Shown here in pieces: positions 1 to 9,339 of a DNA stretch of 64,000 nucleotides. The stretch is from positions 64,001-128,000 of the forward strand of contig JBBRLQ010000016.1 in assembly GCA_038231275.1 (NCBI GenBank). Reading direction: 5' to 3'. Position numbers and translations under genes: made by a program. The notes beneath the pieces are model-generated. The model searched no databases. It worked only from the letters and a program-made list of their open reading frames with translations, and was not told where the DNA came from. This stretch comes from Polyangiales bacterium (GTDB taxonomy: Bacteria > Myxococcota_A > Polyangia > Polyangiales > Polyangiaceae). How positions within the stretch are numbered: position 1 is the stretch's first letter; each line of letters opens with the position of its first letter.

Positions 1-729
1 AATGGTGCCGCCGGCCGCCTCGTTGACGCCGAGCTTGAATTTGCCCTGCGCGTCGCCGAGCTTGGTGGTGACGCTGCCCGACGAGCGAATGCCGAGGTAC
101 GGGCCGAGCGACCAACCGGCCGATTCGCGGAGGGGCGATCCGGACGCCGCCGCCGCGAGCTTCTCGTCGCGCTCGTAGTCGGCCTGGCTGTTGCTCTTCT
201 TTCCGCTGCCGGAGGTGCTCGCGCTCACGCCGTCGCCGTCGATCGAGACCGACGCGCTGCCCGACGCGGAGTCCGGCTTGGTGCTCGGGTTGTCCACGTT
301 GTTCGTCGTGCGGATGGTGAGGCCGAGCGATTCCTCGAGGCGGAGGAGGCGCTCGCGGATTTGCTCGGAGTCGGCCGCTTGGGGGCGATCCTTCAAATAG
401 CGACGGTAGTCGTCGACGGCGGGGTACGGCTGCGTGAGCTGCTCGTGGCAGAGGCCGCGGTCGCGGAAGATGGTGGGCTCGATGCTGGTGCGGAGCGCGA
501 GATCGTAGAGATCCAGCGCAGCCTTGCAGTCTCCAGCGCGCGCGCGGCCGCGGGCGCGATCGGCGATGCCGACGTCGTTCGTCTCGCGCGTCAAGATGAG
601 CGCTTGCTGCTTCTTCGGCGGGGAGCCGTTACCCGCGGGCGTCGGAGGAGCCGCCCCCGCGAGCCCGGCGAGGCTCCCGATCGAGCACAGCGTGGAGAGA
701 CCGAGGAAGAGGCGCCTCGCAGTCGACAT
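1..729 (-). CDS. Secreted TPR-like protein, runs off the left window edge (partial)
   Basis: Manual translation from ATG at 729: MSTARRLFLGLSTLCSIGSLAGLAGAAPP (signal peptide), then TPR-like helices (GDCKAALDLYDLAL...RGLCHEQL...AVDDYRRYL). Frame stays open to position 1. Absent from the ORF track because it has no stop in the window. Confidence 0.75.
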   Translation of the reverse strand, partial: MSTARRLFLGLSTLCSIGSLAGLAGAAPPTPAGNGSPPKKQQALILTRETNDVGIADRARGRARAGDCKAALDLYDLALRTSIEPTIFRDRGLCHEQLTQPYPAVDDYRRYLKDRPQAADSEQIRERLLRLEESLGLTIRTTNNVDNPSTKPDSASGSASVSIDGDGVSASTSGSGKKSNSQADYERDEKLAAAASGSPLRESAGWSLGPYLGIRSSGSVTTKLGDAQGKFKLGVNEAAGGTI

Positions 730-775
730 CCACGAAGGGTAGCTGCCCCCACGCGCAAAGACCGAATTTCGAGCG

Positions 776-2227
776 CTATTGCTTGGGCGCGGGAGCCGTC
801 GTCGGAGGAGCTGTCGGCTTGCCGGGCGCGATGCCGCTCGGAACCAGCGAGGTTTTCCCCGCGTCGGCCGCGCGGCCACCATCTTTGGCACCCGCGTCGG
901 ACAACGCCCCACCGGCTGACCCGAAGGTGACTTTGCCGAACTGCGACGACTTATGGAAGTTCCCCTGCCCCATGATCGGCGACCACGCGACGCCGCCGTT
1001 CTGCTTCATCGCGTAGAAGTTCATCCGCCACGTGTCGCCGGGCTTGGGCGGATGGTTCGCTGCTTTGCCGAACGCCGCCCACGGGATCGCCGCCTCGACC
1101 GTGTAGCCCTCGTCTTTGTCGTCCGGCTTGTCGATTGTCCCTTTGACGACGACCGCGGTCTTCATCTTCGGGTCCCAATCCTCGTGGCCGAACGGACCGT
1201 TGGGCTCCGTCTTCGGCGTGTTGTAGCCGTCGTATTGGGTGTGGAACTGCTTGTTCTGGGGATTGATCTGGAGCTCGTAGTAGTCCTTGTTGTCCCCGTC
1301 GCCGTCGGGGTCGACCATGATCTCCACGGTGTCTTTGGTCCAGAGCTTGGGCTGGCCGGTGGTAGTCCAGAAATTTTCCTGGGACTTGTCGGTGAAGAAG
1401 CCGAGGACGTCGGGATCCTTCACGTCGAAGGCGACGTAGAGGTTTGCGTCGTCGTAGGCGAGCTTCGCCGAACCGTTGACGGGGAACGCGGCGTTCGCCT
1501 TGCCGCTCCCCACATCAACGAAAGGGCCGGTGCCTGCTGCTGCCCCCCATGCCTTGTCGTCGAGCTTTCCGTCGACGGTGATCTTCTCGTTCGCGGCGAG
1601 CTTGTTCACGCTCACCGTCGGGATGTCGGTGTGCGCAGGCTCAGCGACCGGGACGAGGCCCGTCTTGATCTTGCCGACGATGGCGCGGTTGTCGCCGTCA
1701 TTGGCGCCAGCCACGATGCGAAGGCGCGCGTCGCCCTTCCAGATGCCGACGAGGACGGTGAGCTCCGGGCCCTTCAGCCAGTCGGGCATCTTGTAGGTCT
1801 GCTCGTCGACGTAGATCTTCCCCTTCTCCCACCGGTCGGGGCCGAGGATCTGCTTGTTGTTGCGGTTCTCGCGGATGGGGCCGTTCCAGTCCATGTTGTC
1901 GGACTTGTCCTGCGAGGCGTCGTGCAGGTGCGTGAAGAGCTGCCAGCCCTCGTCGATCGTGTCGTCGCAACGCCACCAGTAGGTGATCTTCACCTCGCTG
2001 CCGGGGCGCGCGAGCTCGGGAACGAACTTGTAGCCGATGAGGTGGACGCGGTTCTCGAAGTTGACGTCGACCTTGTGCTGCAAGTCGGCGGGCGGCGCGT
2101 CGAGGATGTACGCCTTCAGGCGCTCCTTGTCCTCCGAGGTGACGCCCTTGTTCCCGCCAACGCAGCCCATGCCCGTCGCGCCGATGAGCGCGAACGTCGA
2201 AGCCAAAAGCAACGTGTGAAATCGCAT
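776..2227 (-). CDS. Lipoprotein with carbohydrate-binding family 9 (CBM9/DOMON)-like domain
   Basis: Lipobox-like GMGC; ITVDGKLDDKAW, YDDANLYVAFDVKD, DTVEIMVDP, YYELQINP, YTVEAAIPW and WRMNFY are CBM9-like motifs. Confidence 0.8.
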   Translation of the reverse strand: MRFHTLLLASTFALIGATGMGCVGGNKGVTSEDKERLKAYILDAPPADLQHKVDVNFENRVHLIGYKFVPELARPGSEVKITYWWRCDDTIDEGWQLFTHLHDASQDKSDNMDWNGPIRENRNNKQILGPDRWEKGKIYVDEQTYKMPDWLKGPELTVLVGIWKGDARLRIVAGANDGDNRAIVGKIKTGLVPVAEPAHTDIPTVSVNKLAANEKITVDGKLDDKAWGAAAGTGPFVDVGSGKANAAFPVNGSAKLAYDDANLYVAFDVKDPDVLGFFTDKSQENFWTTTGQPKLWTKDTVEIMVDPDGDGDNKDYYELQINPQNKQFHTQYDGYNTPKTEPNGPFGHEDWDPKMKTAVVVKGTIDKPDDKDEGYTVEAAIPWAAFGKAANHPPKPGDTWRMNFYAMKQNGGVAWSPIMGQGNFHKSSQFGKVTFGSAGGALSDAGAKDGGRAADAGKTSLVPSGIAPGKPTAPPTTAPAPKQ

Positions 2228-2263
2228 TCCCTCTCTCCTCTGGAACTGGATTAACCGGACGAT

Positions 2264-3922
2264 TTACCGGCGGCTCTTCCGCCGTGCTTCTTTTTCGCGT
2301 TTGCGTTGGGCCTTCTTCGCGTTCTTCTCGGACGACGACATCGGCTTCATCTTCGTGAGGCTCTCGCCGGGCGTGCCGGCGCCCATGCCCGGCATTCCGG
2401 GGAACCCTCCCATGCCTGGCATTCCGGGGAAGCCGCCCATGCCTGGCATGCCTCCCATTCCTCCCATGCCGGGCATTCCCGGGAAGCCGCCCATCCCGGG
2501 CATTCCGGGGAAGCCGCCGCCGCCGACCATCTTCTTGAGGTTCTTCGCCATCGCGAGGTTTTTCATCCCCGGGATTTTCCCGAGCATCCCCATGTTGGCG
2601 CCGAGGCCCTCCATCATCTGCTTCATGAAGAGGAACTTCTGGACGAGCTCGCTGACGGCCTTCTCTTCGGTGCCGGAGCCCTTGGCGATGCGCGTGACGC
2701 GCCCAGGCTCGCGGACGAGCGCATTGGCGTCGGCGCGCTCGAACTTGGTGAAGCTCGAGATGATCGCCTCGATGCGCACGAGCTCGCCGTCGTCCAAGTT
2801 GGCGTCCGCGGGCAGCATGTCGCTCATGCCGGGCATTTTTCCGACGAGGTCTTTCAAGGACCCCATCTTCTGGATCATCCGGACCTGTTCGAGGAAATCG
2901 TCGAGGGTGAACTTCCCCTCGAGCATGCGCATCGCGTCCTCGGTGGCCTTCTTCTCGTCGACGACCTCCTGGAAGTCCTTCATCAGGCCGACGACGTCGC
3001 CCATGCCGAGCACGCGGCTCGCCATGCCCTCGGGACGGAACTCTTCGAACTTGTCGCTCCCCTCGCCCATGCCGATGAAGCGGACGGGCGCCCCGGTGAC
3101 CTCGCGCACGCTGAGGGCCGCGCCGCCGCGGGCGTCGCCGTCGAGCTTGGTGAGGATGACGCCGGTGAGATCGAGCTTGTCGTGGAAGCCCTTGGAGACC
3201 TTGACCGAGTCCTGGCCGATCATCGCGTCGACGACGAGGAAGACGTTCTCGGGGCGCGTGGCCGCTTTGATCTGGCCGAGCTCCTCCATGAGCTTCTCGT
3301 CGATCGCGAGGCGGCCTGCGGTGTCGTAGACGATGACGTCGCAGCCGAGCTTCTTCGCTTCGTCCTTCGCCTTGGCGCAAATCTCGAGCGGAGTGGCGCC
3401 GGGGATATTGAAGACGGGGAGATCGTTCTGCTTGCCGAGGACCTGGAGCTGCTCGACGGCGGCGGGGCGCTGCATGTCGGCCGCGACGAGCATGGGCTTT
3501 TTGCCGCTCTTCGCGAGGTACTTGCCGAGCTTGGCGCAGCTCGTCGTCTTGCCGGAGCCTTGGAGGCCGACCATCATGATGCCGGTCGGCGTGCCCTTCT
3601 CGGTCGAGAAGGCGATCGGATCGCCCTCCGCGGTCATGTACGCGATGAGCTCGTCGTGGCAGATCCTGATGAACTGGTCGCTCGCGCTGACCTTCATCGC
3701 GTTGCCGTCGGACCCCTTGGCCTTGAGGCGCACGACCTCGCCGAGCGCCTTGTCCTTCACGCGCGCGAGGAAGCTCTTCACGACGCCGAGCTCGACGTCG
3801 GCTTCGAGGAGCGAGAGGCGGACCTCGCGGAGCGCCGGCTCGATGTTCGCCTCGGTCAGCTCGGTCAGACCGGCGAGGCGGTTTTTCGCCTGCTTGAAAC
3901 CCTTGGCCAATGCGTCGAACAT
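2264..3922 (-). CDS. ffh: Signal recognition particle protein Ffh (SRP54)
   Basis: Start re-assigned to MFDALAKGF at 3922. Motifs GLQGSGKTT, DTAGR, TKLDGDARGGAALS, RVLGMGD and M-domain FTLDDF. Confidence 0.97.
   Translation of the reverse strand: MFDALAKGFKQAKNRLAGLTELTEANIEPALREVRLSLLEADVELGVVKSFLARVKDKALGEVVRLKAKGSDGNAMKVSASDQFIRICHDELIAYMTAEGDPIAFSTEKGTPTGIMMVGLQGSGKTTSCAKLGKYLAKSGKKPMLVAADMQRPAAVEQLQVLGKQNDLPVFNIPGATPLEICAKAKDEAKKLGCDVIVYDTAGRLAIDEKLMEELGQIKAATRPENVFLVVDAMIGQDSVKVSKGFHDKLDLTGVILTKLDGDARGGAALSVREVTGAPVRFIGMGEGSDKFEEFRPEGMASRVLGMGDVVGLMKDFQEVVDEKKATEDAMRMLEGKFTLDDFLEQVRMIQKMGSLKDLVGKMPGMSDMLPADANLDDGELVRIEAIISSFTKFERADANALVREPGRVTRIAKGSGTEEKAVSELVQKFLFMKQMMEGLGANMGMLGKIPGMKNLAMAKNLKKMVGGGGFPGMPGMGGFPGMPGMGGMGGMPGMGGFPGMPGMGGFPGMPGMGAGTPGESLTKMKPMSSSEKNAKKAQRKREKEARRKSRR
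2383..2522 (-). repeat. Imperfect 27-nt coding tandem repeat (GGFPGMPGM)n in the Ffh C-terminal tail
   Basis: About 5 copies visible in both DNA and translation. Confidence 0.85.
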
Positions 3923-4004
3923 GTGGGCAAGGCTGTACCACGGACGGCGCCTCCCTGGAATTCGTGATGCGAGGCGGCGCCGGACCGGGAATTTTGCCGC
4001 AATA

Positions 4005-4760
4005 TTGAGCCCTTTTGTAATCGTCCTCCTGTTCGTCGCGAGCGTCCTCGCGGGCGCGCTCAACTCGGTCGCCGGCGGGGGGAGCTTCATCTCGTTTCCG
4101 GCGCTGCTGTTCGCGGGCGTATCGCCGATCGCCGCCAACGCGACCAACGCGATCGCGCTCTGGCCGGCGGGCATCGCAAGCGGCGTCGCGTACCGCAAGG
4201 AGCTCCGGGTGCCGCGGCGCACGCTGATCGCCCTCGGCCTCGCGAGCCTCGCGGGCGGGCTCGCGGGGGCGCTCCTCCTCTTGAGAACTCCGGACGCGAC
4301 GTTCCTCCGGCAGCTGCCGTGGCTGCTCCTCGTCGCGACGCTCCTCTTCACGGCAGGCCCGTCCCTCGCGAAGCGCCTTCACCGGCAGGGCGACGCGGCT
4401 GCGGGCGCGGTCGTCGTCACCGCGCTGATCCAGATCGTGATCGGGGTCTACGGCGGGTACTTCGGCGGCGGGATGGGCATCCTGATGCTCGCGGCGATGG
4501 CGATCCTCGGCATGCAGGACATCCACACGATGAACGGCCTCAAGGCGATCCTCGGGGTGCTCATCAACGGCATCGCGGTCGTCGCGTTCGTGATCGACGG
4601 GGCGGTCGCGTGGAGGCCGGGCGTCGTCATGATCGCGGGAGGGACGCTCGGCGGCTACGCGGGAGCGTCGATCGCGCGGCGCCTCTCGCCTGTGTGGGTG
4701 CGGAGGTTCGTTCTCGTCGTCGCATGGGGAATGACCGCGTATTTTTTCGCGCGACGCTGA
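4005..4760 (+). CDS. Sulfite exporter TauE/SafE family membrane protein
   Basis: TTG start at 4005. AGALNSVAGGGSFISFPAL, ANATN and YGGYFGGGMG motifs; about 8 hydrophobic segments. Confidence 0.9.
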   Translation: MSPFVIVLLFVASVLAGALNSVAGGGSFISFPALLFAGVSPIAANATNAIALWPAGIASGVAYRKELRVPRRTLIALGLASLAGGLAGALLLLRTPDATFLRQLPWLLLVATLLFTAGPSLAKRLHRQGDAAAGAVVVTALIQIVIGVYGGYFGGGMGILMLAAMAILGMQDIHTMNGLKAILGVLINGIAVVAFVIDGAVAWRPGVVMIAGGTLGGYAGASIARRLSPVWVRRFVLVVAWGMTAYFFARR

Positions 4761-4803
4761 GAGTGGAGCGAAGCGCAGCGGAGCGAAACGACTCCTGACG
4801 GAG

Positions 4804-4834
4804 AGGCCTGACCGGTTTTTTTCCGGTCAGGCCT
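4804..4834. terminator. Perfect 12-bp hairpin between convergent genes (probable bidirectional terminator or REP-like element)
   Basis: AGGCCTGACCGG-TTTTTTT-CCGGTCAGGCCT. Confidence 0.7.
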
Positions 4835-4852
4835 TGAGCTCGCGGATCGCGC

Positions 4853-5656
4853 CTACTGGCGAACGAAGGTCTCGATCCGGTCCGTGGTGATGAAGATGTC
4901 GAGCTCGATCTGGCCGGCGTCGCCGGTTCGCACGTTGAAGAACGTGGGGCTGGGACCATAGGCCGGGCACACGAAGGTGAGCGTCGTCGCGCCGGTGCCG
5001 CTCGTCGGGGTCATCGTGATGCGCTCGGTGGTGGTGCCGGAGGTGTCGGTGAACGTCGACGTGAGGAGCGCCGTGCCGGTCGACGAGTTGGTGACGAGCA
5101 GCGTCTCGCGGACCACGTATCCGGTGAGGCCGGTGCCGCCGCCGGGGCCGGTGTACACGACGTCCGCCGTCTTGAAGTACGTCCCGTCGACGATGTTGCC
5201 GCCGGTCGCCGCGGGGCGCGCGCTGGCGACGTCGATCTGCTGCACCTGCGCGCCGCCGTTCACGAGCGTGTTGCACGCGCCGCCGTCGCCCGCGGCGTCG
5301 AAGAAGCCCGAGCCGTCGACGACGACATCGAAGCCGTTCGCGTCCCCGGGCGCTCCGTCGGCGGCGGCCTCGGCGGCGCCATCGTTCCCCGCGTCGTTCT
5401 TGCCAGAGTCGCCGGCGGCCACGTCGACGCTCGAGTCGGCGCTCGAGTCGGCACCTACGGGGCCGTCGCCGCCGAGGGGAGCGTCGGTGCCCGTGGGACC
5501 GTCGAGCGTCGCGTCCGACGATGCGTCTCCACCGTCGGCGCCGTCGGCGATGAGGTCGCGATCGAATTTGGTCGCGACCTCGCACCCGGCGGCCATGGCG
5601 ACCGTGGCGAGCGCGGCGGCGAAGGCGCGGGAGAGGCGGGGGCGTACGGCGGACAT
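4853..5656 (-). CDS. Hypothetical lipoprotein with Asp/Gly/Ala-rich low-complexity linker
   Basis: Lipobox AAGC; DGG/DAS-rich linker followed by a beta-rich C-terminal domain. Confidence 0.75.
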   Translation of the reverse strand: MSAVRPRLSRAFAAALATVAMAAGCEVATKFDRDLIADGADGGDASSDATLDGPTGTDAPLGGDGPVGADSSADSSVDVAAGDSGKNDAGNDGAAEAAADGAPGDANGFDVVVDGSGFFDAAGDGGACNTLVNGGAQVQQIDVASARPAATGGNIVDGTYFKTADVVYTGPGGGTGLTGYVVRETLLVTNSSTGTALLTSTFTDTSGTTTERITMTPTSGTGATTLTFVCPAYGPSPTFFNVRTGDAGQIELDIFITTDRIETFVRQ

Positions 5657-5660
5657 GGCA

Positions 5661-6077
5661 CTAAAACCTGTACTTCATCTTGAGCTCGAGGGTCTTCTGA
5701 TCGCAGCTCGCTTGGAGCGTGCGGCCCTTGTCGAGGAGGTGCGAGGCGTCGTCGAGCTTCGTGAGGAGGGCGGCGCGTGTCTCCAGGTCCAGCGGGCCGG
5801 CGTCGGGTTCGTCGAGGCGCTGCTGCACCTCGGTCTTCATCGTGATGGCCAAGACCATCGCCTCGGCGTGCGCGACGCACGCGTCCTTGGCAGCGCACAC
5901 GTCACGATCCATGCAAGGTACATCCTTCAGGGGGCCCAAGAGTGCGGGCTTTCCCGGATATTCGGCGCGCCGGAAACGATCGACCGCCGCGACCACCGAC
6001 GCCGCCTCCCTTTTCGCCGGATCGGCGCAGCCGATCGCGAGCAGGATGAAGACGAGGCTCGCGAGCAGACGGCTCAT
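5661..6077 (-). CDS. Hypothetical lipoprotein
   Basis: MSRLLASLVFILLAIGC lipobox; ATG overlaps the upstream stop (ATGA). Confidence 0.75.
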   Translation of the reverse strand: MSRLLASLVFILLAIGCADPAKREAASVVAAVDRFRRAEYPGKPALLGPLKDVPCMDRDVCAAKDACVAHAEAMVLAITMKTEVQQRLDEPDAGPLDLETRAALLTKLDDASHLLDKGRTLQASCDQKTLELKMKYRF

Positions 6078-7603
6078 CCGAGCTCCACCTTGCTCCACAT
6101 GTCGCGCCGCATCTTCTCTTTGCGACGATCGGTGCGCGTGATGATGCGCGACGCGCTCCACGCCGCGAGGAGCTGCCCCTCCTGTCCGAGCGCCGGCAAC
6201 GTCGACGGGCCGACGGTGAACGCGTTCGCGAGCGGCGTCCGGAGGGGCTCGGCGGCGAGCCCGTCGAGGTGTGTGGGCTCGGGGCGCCACTTCGGCGTCA
6301 TCGGCTCCGCCTCGAGCGATCCGCCGCCGGCGCGGAGGAGCGCGCGGTCCACGCTCTTGCGCGCGCCCGAGCGGTAGTCCCAGAGCGGTCGCCCGTCGTG
6401 CGGGGAGTCGACCATGACGTAGTGCCTCTCCACGAACGGCAAGAACTGCTGCACCGTCGCGAGCACCGCCTCGCGCGCTTTCTCGAGCGGCAGCGCGTCG
6501 TCGTCGAGAAGCGCCTCGGCCACCAGCAGGGCCTCTGCGCCGTTGCGTGTACATTGCAAGTGCACGACCGGGCGGCGAGGGTCCTTCGCGGTCAGGGGCG
6601 TCGTAGGCAGGAGGAACGACTCGGCGCCGAGGAGCGCGGGCAGGCCGCGCGCGTGGACGACCGCGCTCACGACGAAGCGGTGGGCCACCGGCACCAGGCG
6701 CGGCATCGCGGCGAGCACGCGGCGCGACGGCGCGAAGCCGTCCGCGAGCTGGAGCAGACCGAGCGTCGGGAGATCGGCGACGACGAACTGCACGCCCGCC
6801 GCCCCGGCGTCCCCATCGATGCGGACTCCGGTGACCTTGCCGCCGCGCTGCTCGATCGCCGCGGCGCGATCGGAGATGCGCGCTTCGCCGCCGTGCGCCC
6901 GCACGCGCTCGAGGAGGAACTCGGCGAGCTCGGCCTCGCCGCCTGCCAGGTGAACGAGGCCGCGCGTCCACGCCCCGTGAAGGCGCGCGACCGCGAACGG
7001 GGGGACCTCGTCGACGTCGCTCGCGAAGCGCACCGGCACGTCGATGACCGCGCGGTAGTCGTGATCGCGAGGGAACTCGGCGAGGAACTCCGCGAGCGGC
7101 TCGCGCAAATGCGGCAGGCCGGACGCGACGCGCGCGGTCTCGCGGCGCTCCCAGAATCCTCCCGGCGGCCACACGACGTCTTTGTCGAAGGCGGCGTCAG
7201 CCGCGGCGTTGGTGCGCCCCAGCTCCGCGTACAGATCGTCGACGACGCGCCGCACCTCGGGAAATTCGCGATCGATCTCGCGGCCGAAGAGCGCGCCGTC
7301 GGGAGGGACGTCGAGACGCAGGCGCGGGCCCAGAACCTGAATCATCGGGTCGAGCGGGTGCACGCGGCGGCGGAACGTCTGCGACTGCGCGAGCTCGACG
7401 AGCACGCGTCCCCACGCCGGCGACGCATGCGCGAGCAGCGTGAAGGGGCGCCGCGAGAGCCTGACACCGTCGTACTCGTAGGTCGGCGCCCGATGATCGT
7501 GCCCGAGCACCAGCACGCGCCACGAGCGCCGCGCCAGGAGCGCCGCCGCGGTGAGCGCGCCGAGCGACGATCCCAGGACGACGACGTCGTAGTGCTTCGA
7601 CAT
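6074..7603 (-). CDS. FAD/NAD(P)-dependent oxidoreductase, phytoene-desaturase-like fold
   Basis: N-terminal YDVVVLGSSLGALTAAALLARR dinucleotide-binding segment; GGEAEL...RAHGGE and LRTPLANAF segments typical of the family. Confidence 0.7.
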   Translation of the reverse strand: MSKHYDVVVLGSSLGALTAAALLARRSWRVLVLGHDHRAPTYEYDGVRLSRRPFTLLAHASPAWGRVLVELAQSQTFRRRVHPLDPMIQVLGPRLRLDVPPDGALFGREIDREFPEVRRVVDDLYAELGRTNAAADAAFDKDVVWPPGGFWERRETARVASGLPHLREPLAEFLAEFPRDHDYRAVIDVPVRFASDVDEVPPFAVARLHGAWTRGLVHLAGGEAELAEFLLERVRAHGGEARISDRAAAIEQRGGKVTGVRIDGDAGAAGVQFVVADLPTLGLLQLADGFAPSRRVLAAMPRLVPVAHRFVVSAVVHARGLPALLGAESFLLPTTPLTAKDPRRPVVHLQCTRNGAEALLVAEALLDDDALPLEKAREAVLATVQQFLPFVERHYVMVDSPHDGRPLWDYRSGARKSVDRALLRAGGGSLEAEPMTPKWRPEPTHLDGLAAEPLRTPLANAFTVGPSTLPALGQEGQLLAAWSASRIITRTDRRKEKMRRDMWSKVELG

Positions 7604-7606
7604 CGC

Positions 7607-8245
7607 TCAGGCCTCGACGCGAACGCGGGGCCGTCGTCGGTCCGTGACCTCGACGTGCACCTTGCCATCGACGATCCACTGCAGCACGCGCGGCAAGAGC
7701 GCATGCTCCTGCTCGAGGACGCGGGCGCGGAGCGATCCTTCGTCGTCGTCGTCCCTCACGGCGACGGTGGCCTGCGCGATGATCGGCCCGGTGTCGGTGC
7801 CGGCGTCGACGAAGTGGACCGTGCAGCCGGTCACCTTGACCCCGTAGTCGAGCGCCTGCTTCTGCGCGTGGACACCGGGAAACGCGGGCAGGAGCGCGGG
7901 GTGGACGTTGACGACGCGGTTCGGGAACGCGCCCAGCAACGTCGGCGTCACGAGGCGCATGAACCCGGCGAGGACCACGACGTCCACCGAGTGCGCACGA
8001 AGGACACGAACCAGCTCCGCGTCGAACGTCGCGCGATCGGCGAACGCCTTGTGCTCGACGACGACGGTAGCGACGCCTGCGGCGCGCGCGCGATCGAGTC
8101 CCTTCGCGGTGGCCACGTTGGAGACGACGACACCGAGCTTCGCGCGCAGAGTCCCGGCCGCGACGGCGTCGAGGAGCGCTTGGAGGTTGGTCCCACTCCC
8201 GCTGATGAGGACGCCGAGCGTCGTCACTCCGCTCACCCTCGTCAC
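7607..8245 (-). CDS. purN: Phosphoribosylglycinamide formyltransferase
   Basis: LISGSGTNLQAL, LAGFMR, NVHPALLPAFPG, GCTVHFVD, DTGPII. Confidence 0.97.
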   Translation of the reverse strand: MTRVSGVTTLGVLISGSGTNLQALLDAVAAGTLRAKLGVVVSNVATAKGLDRARAAGVATVVVEHKAFADRATFDAELVRVLRAHSVDVVVLAGFMRLVTPTLLGAFPNRVVNVHPALLPAFPGVHAQKQALDYGVKVTGCTVHFVDAGTDTGPIIAQATVAVRDDDDEGSLRARVLEQEHALLPRVLQWIVDGKVHVEVTDRRRPRVRVEA

Positions 8246-9297
8246 GCTCCCGGCCGCAGCGGCCAGTCGACGCGCTGCTCGAACGCCGTCCCGTCGGGCA
8301 CGCCCACGACCGGTCCGAGCGTGATCGGCGACTCGCCGATCCCCTCGAGGACGCTGCGGGCGCGGCCGGCGTCCGCTGCAGCAACGACGAAGACGAACCC
8401 GACGCCGCAGTTGAACGTGCGACGCATCTCCGCCTCTTCGACGCGCTGCGCGACGAGGTCGTAAATCGCCGGGCGCGTCCAGGTAGCCTCCACGCGGACG
8501 CCGAGGGCGTCGGGGAGGACGCGTGGCAGGTTTCCCGGGATGCCGCCGCCCGTGATGTGGCTCATCGCCCGCACGTCGACGCCCGCCTCGAGCAGGGCCG
8601 CGACGTGACGCGCGTAGAGGCGCGTCGGCGCGAGGAGCGCCTCGCCGACCGTCTTGCCTCCGAGCTCCTTCGGCGTCGACGAAGGCGTGAGCGCCATCGC
8701 ATCGAGCAGGACCTTTCGCGCGAGCGAGTACCCGTTCGAGTGGAGGCCGCTCGACGGCAGGCCGATGGCGACGTCCCCCGCGACCACGCGCTTGCCGTCG
8801 ACGATCTTCGCGCGCGCGACGACGCCGACCGAGAATCCTGCGAGATCATATTCGCCGTCGGCGTACATCCCAGGGAGCTCCGCCGTCTCGCCGCCGAGCA
8901 ACGCGCAGCCGGACTCTTTGCACGCGTTCGCGATGCCGCGTACGACCGCCTCGGCGACGCCGAGATCGAGCTTCCCCGTGCCGAAATAGTCGAGGAAGAA
9001 GAGCGGCCTCGCGCCGCAGGTGATGACGTCGTTGACGCACATGCCGACGAGATCGAAGCCGATGGTGTCGTGGACGCCAGTGAGGAAGGCGACCTTGAGC
9101 TTGGTGCCGACGCCGTCGGTGCCGCTGACGAGGACCGGCTCGTCGATGCCGGTCGGCACGCGGCACAGGCCCGCGAAGCCGCCGACGTCGCTGATCACCT
9201 CGGCGATGCGCGTGGCTTTGGCGAGCGGCTTGATACGCTCGACGAGCTCGTCCCCGGCGTCGATGTCGACCCCGGCTTGCCTGTAGGTGATGGGCAT
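8242..9297 (-). CDS. purM: Phosphoribosylformylglycinamidine cyclo-ligase (AIR synthetase)
   Basis: YRQAGVDID, GTDGVGTKL, GGETAELPG, SSGLHSNGYSL, HITGGG; GGAGG Shine-Dalgarno upstream. Confidence 0.97.
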   Translation of the reverse strand: MPITYRQAGVDIDAGDELVERIKPLAKATRIAEVISDVGGFAGLCRVPTGIDEPVLVSGTDGVGTKLKVAFLTGVHDTIGFDLVGMCVNDVITCGARPLFFLDYFGTGKLDLGVAEAVVRGIANACKESGCALLGGETAELPGMYADGEYDLAGFSVGVVARAKIVDGKRVVAGDVAIGLPSSGLHSNGYSLARKVLLDAMALTPSSTPKELGGKTVGEALLAPTRLYARHVAALLEAGVDVRAMSHITGGGIPGNLPRVLPDALGVRVEATWTRPAIYDLVAQRVEEAEMRRTFNCGVGFVFVVAAADAGRARSVLEGIGESPITLGPVVGVPDGTAFEQRVDWPLRPGA

Positions 9298-9339
9298 CGT
9301 GGGCCTCCTTCTAGCAAGAGTTCCCCGGGATGGCGACGG

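Noticed and set aside
3923..4004. SRP RNA or other structured RNA near ffh; tRNA or riboswitch in intergenic gaps
   Set aside because: No recognisable conserved RNA motifs by eye; an Infernal/Rfam scan would be needed to exclude them.
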